Source of the DNA: Candidatus Altimarinota bacterium
GTDB lineage: Bacteria > Patescibacteriota > Gracilibacteria > UBA4473
Length of the DNA: 40,000 nucleotides
Assembly (NCBI GenBank): GCA_963677105.1
Contig: OY781871.1
Span: 469,090 to 509,089 of the forward strand
Direction of reading: 5' to 3'
The notes beneath the pieces are model-generated. The model was given only the letters and a program-made list of their open reading frames with translations. It had not been told where the DNA came from and made no database searches. Shown here piece by piece: positions 8,848-17,164 of this stretch. Numbering within the stretch: the stretch's first letter is position 1; each line of letters begins with the position of its first letter. A program made the position numbers and the translations under genes.

Positions 8848-9335
8848 TGGATAATTCGTGAAGAAATAGTGGTACGAATTGGAATTATGATTTTGGGATC
8901 ATCTGATCTCTCGGAAACTTCCATTTCAATTGTTACGCTTGGTTGAAGATGAGATATTTCGGGATTTTGACTAACAGTAAATACTACATCTTGCACCATT
9001 AAATTTGAAGAAAATAAAGGCTCTCCATTCATTTTCAATTCTCCGGGCGTGTCATCAAATTCAAATGTATCTGCACCAATAATCGGTAAAAAATGATGAT
9101 TAATATCAGGATCAAAGTTTAAAAAATGATAATCAACCGATTGTGATCGAATACGATCGGCGACACGAGTCGTTGCAAAATTTATTTCACGCTGAATCTG
9201 ACGAGTAAGATCAAGTTGGTGTTTCATTTTACTGAGCGTCAAGAAACTTCCCATTACTGAAACAAGAATTATTCCGCCCATTGTCATCGCGACAACTAAT
9301 TCTATCAAACTGAACCCGTGTTTTCGCGCGTTCAT
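8844..9335 (-). CDS. Prepilin-type N-terminal cleavage/methylation domain protein (PilW-like minor pilin)
   Basis: MNARKHGFSLIELVVAMTMGGIILVS carries the class III signal peptide motif G-F-S-L-I-E. Confidence 0.75.
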   Translation of the reverse strand: MNARKHGFSLIELVVAMTMGGIILVSVMGSFLTLSKMKHQLDLTRQIQREINFATTRVADRIRSQSVDYHFLNFDPDINHHFLPIIGADTFEFDDTPGELKMNGEPLFSSNLMVQDVVFTVSQNPEISHLQPSVTIEMEVSERSDDPKIIIPIRTTISSRIIQ

Positions 9336-9796
9336 AATTGTTTCCAGTTAGTGAGAATTTCGTTCAGAACTAATCGCTCTGTTCCACTTCGTAATGGCCA
9401 CGAAACTGCACATTTTATCCCAATGGAGCCAGCCACAGAGGCATCCATTTCCATTTTGCGATTAAACTTAGTTGATGTTCCAAGAATTAGAATTAAATTT
9501 TCACCGTCTATCATATCTTGCACTAAGGGAAAAGCTCCTGAACAATTATTTGTAAATGCACAATCCCACGGAAGATGTTTTCTCCATGCAGAATCACGAG
9601 CGTTTCTCGCTAATTCTAAACATTCTTGTGCTAAATATGTAGCAGTAAGACGATTTTGATTTCGTTCTACAGCCGTTGCCGCAGACCAAATAAGAGAAGT
9701 CGCTCCCGCGAGCACAACAGAAAGAATCACGATCGCAATCACTACTTCTATAAGCGCGAATCCTGAACGTTTAATTCCCATTTTGAAATGTTTCAA
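9332..9796 (-). CDS. Prepilin-type minor pilin (PilV-like)
   Basis: KRSGFALIEVVIAIVILSVVLAG. The start is either 9796 or Met6 at 9781. Confidence 0.75.
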   Translation of the reverse strand: MKHFKMGIKRSGFALIEVVIAIVILSVVLAGATSLIWSAATAVERNQNRLTATYLAQECLELARNARDSAWRKHLPWDCAFTNNCSGAFPLVQDMIDGENLILILGTSTKFNRKMEMDASVAGSIGIKCAVSWPLRSGTERLVLNEILTNWKQL

Positions 9797-10220
9797 TTAA
9801 TCCTGAAGCACGATGTATCTCCGTTTTTGTTGAATAATTTTTTCCATTCAGTTCAATTTCTGTTGGAGGGAGAATTCCGTCTAAATCAATGTCTCCATAA
9901 GGCGGAAGAAAGGTTATAAAAAAATCTGAATCAAGAGTAACTCCTCTCTCTAGTTCTTGAAAACGAGAATTTCCTCCTTCGTAAACAATTGATAATTTTC
10001 GACTATTTTCGACTCCTGAAACCGTGACTGTTTCTGGATGAGAACGAGCATAAGAAAAAGCTTGCCCAAGTGTTGTTTCTAGAATTTGCTGAGAATATTT
10101 GAGTCGAGAAGAATCAAAATATTCTGAAAAAATTGGCGCAGATATTGTCGCAAAAAAACCAACCAATGCTATCACAACAATAAGCTCAATGGCCGTGAAA
10201 CCAGCAGAACGATTCTTCAT
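9771..10220 (-). CDS. Prepilin-type minor pilin (GspH/FimT-like)
   Basis: MKNRSAGFTAIELIVVIALVGFFATISAPIF. Confidence 0.75.
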   Translation of the reverse strand: MKNRSAGFTAIELIVVIALVGFFATISAPIFSEYFDSSRLKYSQQILETTLGQAFSYARSHPETVTVSGVENSRKLSIVYEGGNSRFQELERGVTLDSDFFITFLPPYGDIDLDGILPPTEIELNGKNYSTKTEIHRASGLIETFQNGN

Positions 10221-11359
10221 CCTGCAAAAAGTGATTGCATTTGAAAAATTGGTGTCATGATCGCCATCGCGAGAAATACAACAGCAATTCCTACAAATAT
10301 AACAATAATTGGCTCCACTAATTGTGTGAGATTTCTTAATTGAGAATCCACTTCCGCTTCATATTGATCTCCAATTTGAGTAAATACTTCCGACAGAGAT
10401 CCTGTTTTTTCTCCGATTTCTATCATCTCTGCAAGAACTGGATCTAGTATTTCTTGTTCCGCGAACGCCTCATGGAGCAACATTCCATGTATCACATTCC
10501 TTTCAATCGAAAGAATTGCATCTCTTTGGCAAGGAGATCGCAAAATGTCGTACAATACGCGAAGCGATTTCTCCAAAGGAAGTCCTGCTGAAAGCATTGC
10601 TCCCACATTATGCGCTAAATGAACCGTATTTATATTTCGAATAAGAATTCCTATACGTGGCAAGGAATGAATCCATCGATCCCATGTACGACTTCCATTT
10701 TCAGAATGAATCCAATTCTGAAAAATAAGCCATGTAGCAACTGCTAGGACAAATACGAGCCACCAATAATTTTGAAAAAAATCTGATGAGCCAATAAGAA
10801 CCCTCGTTGATATCGGTAATTCTGAACCAAAATCTGCAAACATCGTTTCAAATTTCGGAACGACAAACAGCATTACTACAACAATGGCAAGAACGATTAC
10901 ACAAAATACTATTATCGGATACATCAACGCTGATTTTACTCGTTGATTTAGCTCAATATTTTTCTGCACTTGTTCAGCAATATTGTCTAACACTTCTTCT
11001 AATTGCCCGGAAAGCTCTCCCGAATAAATCATACGAACTTCTGCTCTCGGAAACACTTTTGGATGTTTTGCCATTGCCTGTGACAACGTTGATCCATGGT
11101 GAATTATATCGTGTTCGATAGTGTCCAAAACTCTCTGGAGTCGCAGATTCTGTGTCCGCCGAGACAACATTCTAACTGCATTCGTAATGGGAACTCCTGA
11201 TTTTACCAATAAACGAAGTGAATTAAAAAACAAAGATCGTTCTTTGTTTGTTATTGCGGAATTATTAACCAAAAAATCATTCACCTTTTCAAACAAGGAG
11301 AGACTTGATCGATCAGTTACGCCATAAATGACCTGTTCATGATTTATGTGTCTTTTCAT
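10217..11359 (-). CDS. pilC: Type IV pilus platform protein (GspF/PilC family)
   Basis: 380 aa with two T2SSF repeats and three TM segments. C-terminus VEPIIVIFVGIAVVFLAMAIMTPIFQM. Confidence 0.88.
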   Translation of the reverse strand: MKRHINHEQVIYGVTDRSSLSLFEKVNDFLVNNSAITNKERSLFFNSLRLLVKSGVPITNAVRMLSRRTQNLRLQRVLDTIEHDIIHHGSTLSQAMAKHPKVFPRAEVRMIYSGELSGQLEEVLDNIAEQVQKNIELNQRVKSALMYPIIVFCVIVLAIVVVMLFVVPKFETMFADFGSELPISTRVLIGSSDFFQNYWWLVFVLAVATWLIFQNWIHSENGSRTWDRWIHSLPRIGILIRNINTVHLAHNVGAMLSAGLPLEKSLRVLYDILRSPCQRDAILSIERNVIHGMLLHEAFAEQEILDPVLAEMIEIGEKTGSLSEVFTQIGDQYEAEVDSQLRNLTQLVEPIIVIFVGIAVVFLAMAIMTPIFQMQSLFAG

Positions 11360-11853
11360 CCCTCAATAAAAAAAGCATAAAGTGAAATATTCATTTCTGT
11401 ACGAGGAATTGGCAGCGAGGAATCTGTGATAAAGGAAAGTCCGTTTGTTCCCATAAACCGTGGATTATTTTCTACTTCTTGAAGAAAATTTTGAATTTGT
11501 TTACGACGACCCGATAGTGGAAAACTAATACTGATTTGCTCTGCGTTCACATCCGAATTTTTCCCGATCGAAAAACTCCACGCATCAGGAAGCGTAAAAC
11601 CCGTTTTTTTTGCTATACGATTAACATCGTTGATTAGCTCTATTTGTTCAGGTTCTGTAGGAATTATTTTTCCAGTATCTGCAACCGTCTCTACCTTTTC
11701 TAGCATCGATAATCGCTCAATTTGTGATTGTTTTTGTATAAATAATTGCTTATTTTTAACTTCTCTTTCAATCGCCACCTTCCGAATTGGACCAACTCCA
11801 AATCCTGCCATTAAAACAAGTGCCACCGTAAGAATAATGTTACTTGTCTTCAT
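11356..11853 (-). CDS. PilO-like pilus assembly protein
   Basis: 165 aa with a single N-terminal TM segment, a coiled coil and a C-terminal alpha/beta region. Position is between the PilN-like gene and pilC. Confidence 0.5.
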   Translation of the reverse strand: MKTSNIILTVALVLMAGFGVGPIRKVAIEREVKNKQLFIQKQSQIERLSMLEKVETVADTGKIIPTEPEQIELINDVNRIAKKTGFTLPDAWSFSIGKNSDVNAEQISISFPLSGRRKQIQNFLQEVENNPRFMGTNGLSFITDSSLPIPRTEMNISLYAFFIEG

Positions 11854-12379
11854 TATGGTTTGGGAAAAAATTAAATGTCAATTCTGCCGATTGCTTTGCT
11901 CCTGCTACTGGCGGAGAAAGTATTGAAGTACTAGCAATTCGAATATTACTCACTCGAGAATCTTTTTTTAACGAATCAATAAATACCGATAAACTCTTCC
12001 AGGAAGTCGCTTGGCAAGAAACCGACATCTTCCCTTCCGAAAAATTTACTCTTGAAAAACGCACCGCAGAAGACTCTAAATCTACAATCTGCTCCATAAT
12101 ATTCGACCAATTTGTTCTAAATTTTTCTGCATTCCTTGCTACTTCTTTTTGTCTTTTAACCAATGACTCTGTTCCTGGTGCAAGAGCTTGAAGACGTTTT
12201 TGTGTGTTTTCAATAGAAACTTCAAACCTTTGATTTTCCTTCTCTAATCTCCATGATTTCAATCCATAAAATCCCATTACTACAACAACTATTGCCGCAG
12301 CGAAACTCCAGACGATCCAAAATCGTCGATTAGACTCGTGTTTTTTTTGTATTTGTTCTTGCTCCATGGCACTTTTCAT
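11840..12379 (-). CDS. PilN-like fimbrial assembly protein
   Basis: Short cytoplasmic N-terminus, TM segment FWIVWSFAAAIVVVVMGFYGL, a coiled coil and a ferredoxin-like C-terminus. The start is ambiguous (12379 or 12367). Confidence 0.5.
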   Translation of the reverse strand: MKSAMEQEQIQKKHESNRRFWIVWSFAAAIVVVVMGFYGLKSWRLEKENQRFEVSIENTQKRLQALAPGTESLVKRQKEVARNAEKFRTNWSNIMEQIVDLESSAVRFSRVNFSEGKMSVSCQATSWKSLSVFIDSLKKDSRVSNIRIASTSILSPPVAGAKQSAELTFNFFPNHNEDK

Positions 12380-12425
12380 TGTACGGTCGGCAAGACAATT
12401 TCTCAACTTTTTTTACCCTAAAATA

Positions 12426-13034
12426 ATGCAACTTTGGAGCGCTGATAATGCGGCACTGATAATAACTCGGGCAATTTTATGTCGAGAACCAAAAATTTCT
12501 CTACAAATCTTTCTCGGTGGAGCTTGTCCCAAAGATGCTGTTTCTGTTCCTGATATATGGGAAATAGCTATCGACAGTTTAAAATTGAAATATAAAAGAC
12601 TTGGAGTTGCTTTCGATCAAGCAAATCATGAGGAGAATGAGTTTTTACAAAATGCTTGCAATTTTTCGCTTCCTATCAAATACGAACTCCTTTCTGATTT
12701 CGCAAATCGTCAATTAGCGGACACCGTTGAATTTCGCAGACTTGCAAGAAAATATCTTCGACCCGCAAAACACGCACACTGTGATGCTGTTCTGTTTTTA
12801 TCTGGAACATTGGCTGAAGAATCGTCTCGCAAAATACTTGCAAAAACGCTTGGAACACAGATAAAATCATTTTTATTGACCGACTTTTTACCGAAAAGTT
12901 GGCTTGTCGCAGAAAAGAAACAACATATTGAAATTTTTGCCAATAACAACCTCGAACAGGTGCGAAAAGAGGCGGAAATTTTATTACACAAAAAAATCAC
13001 AAAAGACTGCGTACAACTTCGGAAACAAGATTAA
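12426..13034 (+). CDS. Hypothetical protein; possible degenerate Asp/Glu racemase (MurI-like)
   Basis: NACNFSLP resembles the first racemase motif (ACNTAS). CDAVLFLSGTLAEESSRKIL resembles the second (D.lvLGCTHYP), but with Ser in place of the catalytic Cys. Confidence 0.3.
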   Translation: MQLWSADNAALIITRAILCREPKISLQIFLGGACPKDAVSVPDIWEIAIDSLKLKYKRLGVAFDQANHEENEFLQNACNFSLPIKYELLSDFANRQLADTVEFRRLARKYLRPAKHAHCDAVLFLSGTLAEESSRKILAKTLGTQIKSFLLTDFLPKSWLVAEKKQHIEIFANNNLEQVRKEAEILLHKKITKDCVQLRKQD

Positions 13035-13049
13035 ACCATTGCATAAAAT

Positions 13050-13493
13050 ATGGAAGAAACACTAATCCAGTTGGGATACATAGGACTGTTTACGGCATCT
13101 TTTCTTGCTGCTACGTTGCTGCCGCTTTCTTCTGAAATATTCGTCATATTAATGATTGTTTCAGGACGTAATGCAGTACTTATTTGGTTTGTCGCGTTAA
13201 TGGGAAATTATCTCGGCGCATCAACAAATTATCTTGTCGGAAAATATGGCGATGATTTTATTTTATCTAAATATATCAAATATGGTCCGAAGAAGAAAAA
13301 AGTCGAAGATTTATATAAAAAGTATGGATCTCCACTATTATTATTTTCGTGGTTGCCGGTAATTGGTGATCCATTGTGTCTCATTCCTGGAATCTTTCAT
13401 CTGGATTTTCACATTTTTTCATTCTGGGTAATTCTCGGAAAAGCTATACGTTATTTTGTGGTTATAAAAGCGGTGGAAATTATTGCGTTCTAA
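13050..13493 (+). CDS. YqaA/DedA-family membrane protein
   Basis: LGYIGLFTASFLAATLLPLSSEIFV, NYLVGKYG and LLLFSWLPVIGDPLCLIPG. Confidence 0.7.
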   Translation: MEETLIQLGYIGLFTASFLAATLLPLSSEIFVILMIVSGRNAVLIWFVALMGNYLGASTNYLVGKYGDDFILSKYIKYGPKKKKVEDLYKKYGSPLLLFSWLPVIGDPLCLIPGIFHLDFHIFSFWVILGKAIRYFVVIKAVEIIAF

Positions 13494-13505
13494 CGAAATA
13501 AAGAA

Positions 13506-13534
13506 TTGAAAAAAGTCCGTTATTCTGATATAAT
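13506..13534 (+). promoter_or_regulatory. Strong extended -10 promoter of pilB; predicts a leaderless mRNA
   Basis: TTGAAA (13506-13511), 17-nt spacer, TGaTATAAT (13526-13534), then 6 nt to the ATG at 13541. Confidence 0.65.
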
Positions 13535-13540
13535 CACGCG

Positions 13541-15187
13541 ATGACACAGGACTTAAATGCAACCGAAGCATCTCCTCTTGAACAGGTGAATCGAGAGCTT
13601 GATGATAAAAAAGCGCGTCAACGCGCTGCTTCCTCTGGATTGCCATATGTTGATCTGCGACATTTTGATATTAATATTGATGCGCTTCGTTTGACAAAAA
13701 AAGAAGTCGTGGAGGAGGCTCATGCAATTCCTTTCGATTTATTAGGGAAAAGGGTACGGATTGCTTTTCTAGGAGAAAAATCCGTTGCAGCAGATAATCT
13801 CGCTCATTCTCTTGAAGAACAGGGTTTTGCTGTCGAATGGACAATTTGCTCTATGGCTGGATTAGAACAAGCAATGCGGGAATATGATTCACACATGTTT
13901 GTGCGACATAAAATTGAATTGCGTACTGAATCAAGAGAAACCAAAGAGCAAGAATTAACCGCTCATTTGCAAGATTTCTCAACACTAGAACCCCATCTTA
14001 AAACACTTTCTTCTGGAGAATTACTAAATGAAATTGAACTTCTTGCTGTTTCGTCTCAGGCGTCGGACGTACATTTCCAACCAGGAAGAGATGAAATGGT
14101 TGTACGAGTAAGAATTGATGGTGTATTACATGATGTATTAAAAATTCCGATTAAAATTGCTGAACAACTCGTTACTCGGATAAAATATGAAGCCGGAATG
14201 CGTGCAAATATTACTAATTCTCCACAAGATGGAGCCATTTGTTTCGAAATAAATGGAAGGAAGGTTGATCTTCGTGTTTCTACTCTTCCTACACCAACCG
14301 TTGAATCTGTCGTTTTTCGAATACTGGATTCTTCACAGGGAATTTTAACTTTTTCGGAACTCGGATTTACCCCACATGTTGAGAAAAAAATATTAACTTC
14401 TCTTCAGCGACATAGTGGAATTATACTTGTAACTGGACCAACTGGATCTGGAAAAACAACAACTTTGTATTCTATGTTGGCGGAACTCAACACGCCAGAA
14501 AAAAAATTAGTAACACTTGAAGATCCGATTGAATATCACCTAAATGGAGTATCTCAATCACAAGTTGATGAAAACAGTAACTATACATTTGATTCTGGAT
14601 TCAAATCATTGCTCCGACAAGATCCTGATGTGATTTTAGTGGGAGAGATTCGTACATTAGAAACAGCAAAACTCGCCTTTGAAGCAGCATTAACTGGACA
14701 TACTGTGTTGTCGTCTTTACATTCAAACTCCGCTGTTGGTGCCATTTCCCGTTTGCGGAATCTTGGGGTTAAAGATGTGAATACTGCGCCAACAATTTCT
14801 GCAATATTTGCTCAACGATTGGTCCGTCGAGTCTGTAAAAAATGCTGCAAACAAGAAGTAGCAAAAGACAATGATCGTGTAAACTCTGCAATAGAACGAT
14901 TACAAAAAATTCTTCCCGAACAGAAAATTCCAAACACTGTTTCCGTTGCAGAAGGATGTAAAGATTGTTCTTTCACCGGATATTCAGGACAAATAGCAAT
15001 AAGCGAAACTTTCGTGGTAGACGATATTCTTCGTGAAATGATTTTGAACGGTGTTTTTGAAACAGAAATGCTAGAACATCTACGTAAAAACACAGACTAT
15101 GTTTCTCTTTGGGAAGACGGTGTGTTGAAAGTTTTGGAAGGTATTACCACGTTAGACGAAATTGAACGTGTCGTTGGAATGTCTTAG
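13541..15187 (+). CDS. pilB: Type IV pilus assembly ATPase (GspE/PilB family)
   Basis: T2SSE_N domain, Walker A GPTGSGKTTT, and the tetracysteine cluster CKKCC...CKDCSFTGYSG. Confidence 0.9.
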   Translation: MTQDLNATEASPLEQVNRELDDKKARQRAASSGLPYVDLRHFDINIDALRLTKKEVVEEAHAIPFDLLGKRVRIAFLGEKSVAADNLAHSLEEQGFAVEWTICSMAGLEQAMREYDSHMFVRHKIELRTESRETKEQELTAHLQDFSTLEPHLKTLSSGELLNEIELLAVSSQASDVHFQPGRDEMVVRVRIDGVLHDVLKIPIKIAEQLVTRIKYEAGMRANITNSPQDGAICFEINGRKVDLRVSTLPTPTVESVVFRILDSSQGILTFSELGFTPHVEKKILTSLQRHSGIILVTGPTGSGKTTTLYSMLAELNTPEKKLVTLEDPIEYHLNGVSQSQVDENSNYTFDSGFKSLLRQDPDVILVGEIRTLETAKLAFEAALTGHTVLSSLHSNSAVGAISRLRNLGVKDVNTAPTISAIFAQRLVRRVCKKCCKQEVAKDNDRVNSAIERLQKILPEQKIPNTVSVAEGCKDCSFTGYSGQIAISETFVVDDILREMILNGVFETEMLEHLRKNTDYVSLWEDGVLKVLEGITTLDEIERVVGMS

Positions 15188-15222
15188 TAAAAGTACAAAT
15201 TTCAAAGTACGAACTACAAAAT
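15188..15222. repeat. Heptamer-phased array B (5 units, opposite orientation)
   Basis: TAAAAGT ACAAATT TCAAAGT ACGAACT ACAAAAT, starting at the base after the pilB stop (15185-15187). Confidence 0.6.
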
Positions 15223-15266
15223 CTGAAGGCTTGCTTTTTTCAACTTTTCCCGCAAAATATCTCACG

Positions 15267-16193
15267 ATGATTGGCGTATTTTTATCGACATTGTTTTGGA
15301 ATAACGTATTGAATGCAAAAATCCCCAAAAGCCCACAAATCTCAACACATAAAGTGTGGGAGGCTTCTTCTGTTGTAGAAGAAGAAACAACTCAAAATCA
15401 ACTATTTGATGAACGCCTAATTGATTCATCAAAAAAAATTGCACAACCAATGCCTGAATTTTCGAAGAAAGTTCTCGTCGTAGCGCCTCATCCGGATGAC
15501 GAAATTTTATGTTGTGCAAATACAATAAAAGAGCATCTTCTTTCTGGTGATGACGTTTCTATTGTCGTGATAACAAACGGTGATGGAAAATCTGAAAATA
15601 ATCGCCAAGAATCATTAGATTATGGACGACAACGGCAAAATGAATCTTTGCACGCGGCAAAGAAATTGGGGATTCCTCTGCGGAAAATCTATTTTCTTGG
15701 ATTTCCTGATGGAAACTTGGCTGATATAGAAAGAAGAGGCAGTTCGCGCAGTCAATTTACAAACCTTATGCAAACGATGCGATCAAGTCTTTTCCCCGGA
15801 ACTCCATATACATGGAACGGACTTCAACAATCTCTAAAAAAAGTTCTACAAAAATCTACTCCTGATGTCGTATATCTTCCCGGAGTAGAAGATTTACACG
15901 AAGATCATCGTGTTAGTGCGAATGCAGTTCGTGTTGCCGCAAATACTGTTCATATAGTTCCAATATGGAAAGAATATGTCGTACATTCTAAAAATAAATC
16001 TTGTGTCGAACAATCTGTCGATAAACAAAAACTAGCATTGATTCGTGAATTTAAAACACAACGACACGATAGATATCACTCTGAATTTTTGGAGAAGTTC
16101 GCATCATGTAAAGAAGAGTTTCGAGATTCTGCCAATGTAACAAATACAAAAAATGGTTTGACTTCCGTCAAAATCATACTTAAATCTCAATAA
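15267..16193 (+). CDS. PIG-L/LmbE-family deacetylase with an N-terminal hydrophobic segment
   Basis: VLVVAPHPDDEILCC, VVITNGDG and HEDHR motifs. The start is trimmed to 15267 because the track ORF overlaps the pilB end. Confidence 0.7.
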   Translation: MIGVFLSTLFWNNVLNAKIPKSPQISTHKVWEASSVVEEETTQNQLFDERLIDSSKKIAQPMPEFSKKVLVVAPHPDDEILCCANTIKEHLLSGDDVSIVVITNGDGKSENNRQESLDYGRQRQNESLHAAKKLGIPLRKIYFLGFPDGNLADIERRGSSRSQFTNLMQTMRSSLFPGTPYTWNGLQQSLKKVLQKSTPDVVYLPGVEDLHEDHRVSANAVRVAANTVHIVPIWKEYVVHSKNKSCVEQSVDKQKLALIREFKTQRHDRYHSEFLEKFASCKEEFRDSANVTNTKNGLTSVKIILKSQ

Positions 16194-16390
16194 TTATTAA
16201 TTATACAAAAAATGGCTATGGTTTGGATCGACATAGAGGCAACTTATACACCAGATGATCAAAAGGAAACGAAGACATTCGTACAAGAGCTTTTTGGTTT
16301 ACAAAATCGTCTTTTAGTCGAGGCAGAAAAAAAACGTAAAATAGAACTAGAAACTTTAATCGCCACACGTTTAGAGATAGAAATCTAAAT

Positions 16391-16432
16391 TTTTTGTTCT
16401 TTGAACTTTGTACTTTCTTATTTGTAATCTGA
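16391..16432. repeat. Heptamer-phased array C (6 units)
   Basis: TTTTTGT TCTTTGA ACTTTGT ACTTTCT TATTTGT AATCTGA, ending 2 nt before the ftsE stop (16435-16437). Confidence 0.6.
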
Positions 16433-16434
16433 GC

Positions 16435-17130
16435 TTAAATTATTCCCCGAAAAGCTTTTTCTATTGGACAGGATTTTTCATCGAATAATATTTTCCCCGC
16501 TTCTAGTCGAATTACCCGCGGAGTCAACGCTTTTATTAAAACGGGATCATGTGTTGAAAACAATACAGTTAATCCTTGTGTTAAGTGTAAATGTTGCAAT
16601 AAGTCGGCAATATCCCGAGAATTTTTTGGATCGAGATTTCCCGTAATTTCATCTGCAATTAATATTTTCGGATCATGTACAAGTGAGCGAGCGATCGCAG
16701 TTCGTTGTTTTTCTCCGCCAGACAACTCATGGGGAAATGCGTCCATTCGGTGGCTCAATCCAACTAAGTCGAGAAGTTCCGGAACCTTCTGGGAAATCTT
16801 TTCATCTTCTCCACATACTTCAAGAGCAAAGGAGACGTTATCAAACACCGTTTTCTTTGGTAATAAACGAAAATCCTGAAATGCGACTCCAATTTGTCGA
16901 CGATAATGTTGCATGCTTCCGGAAGTTAGATCAGACAACAAAATATTATCGAGAAAAATATTTCCTTCTGTCGGATGTACTTCTCCCGTCAGGAGACGAA
17001 ACAATGAAGACTTTCCTGCGCCAGAAACCCCCAATACTGCAACCATTTCTTGTGGATGAATCTCAAAGGAAATGTCTCGAAGAACAGACTGATTGCCAAG
17101 GTCGAGCGAAACGTTATCAAATTTCAACAT
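16435..17130 (-). CDS. ftsE: Cell-division ABC ATPase FtsE-like
   Basis: Walker A GVSGAGKSS, signature LSGGEKQR, Walker B ILIADE. Length and N-terminus are FtsE-like. There is no adjacent ftsX. Confidence 0.7.
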   Translation of the reverse strand: MLKFDNVSLDLGNQSVLRDISFEIHPQEMVAVLGVSGAGKSSLFRLLTGEVHPTEGNIFLDNILLSDLTSGSMQHYRRQIGVAFQDFRLLPKKTVFDNVSFALEVCGEDEKISQKVPELLDLVGLSHRMDAFPHELSGGEKQRTAIARSLVHDPKILIADEITGNLDPKNSRDIADLLQHLHLTQGLTVLFSTHDPVLIKALTPRVIRLEAGKILFDEKSCPIEKAFRGII

Positions 17131-17144
17131 TGATTTTTTTTTTC

Positions 17145-17157
17145 ATTCTGACAGAAT
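17145..17157. promoter_or_regulatory. Perfect 6-1-6 palindrome in the 34-nt ftsE / Trx-CcdA divergent region (candidate operator)
   Basis: ATTCTG-A-CAGAAT. Confidence 0.3.
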
Positions 17158-17164
17158 TTCCCTG

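Noticed and set aside
16212-16388. 58-codon ORF (MAMVWIDIEATYTPDDQKETKTFVQELFGLQNRLLVEAEKKRKIELETLIATRLEIEI) filling the gap between the PIG-L gene and ftsE.
   Set aside because: It is plausibly real (acidic and helical, and it fills an otherwise empty 240 nt), but there is no family match or start signal I can support. It is not reported as a feature.
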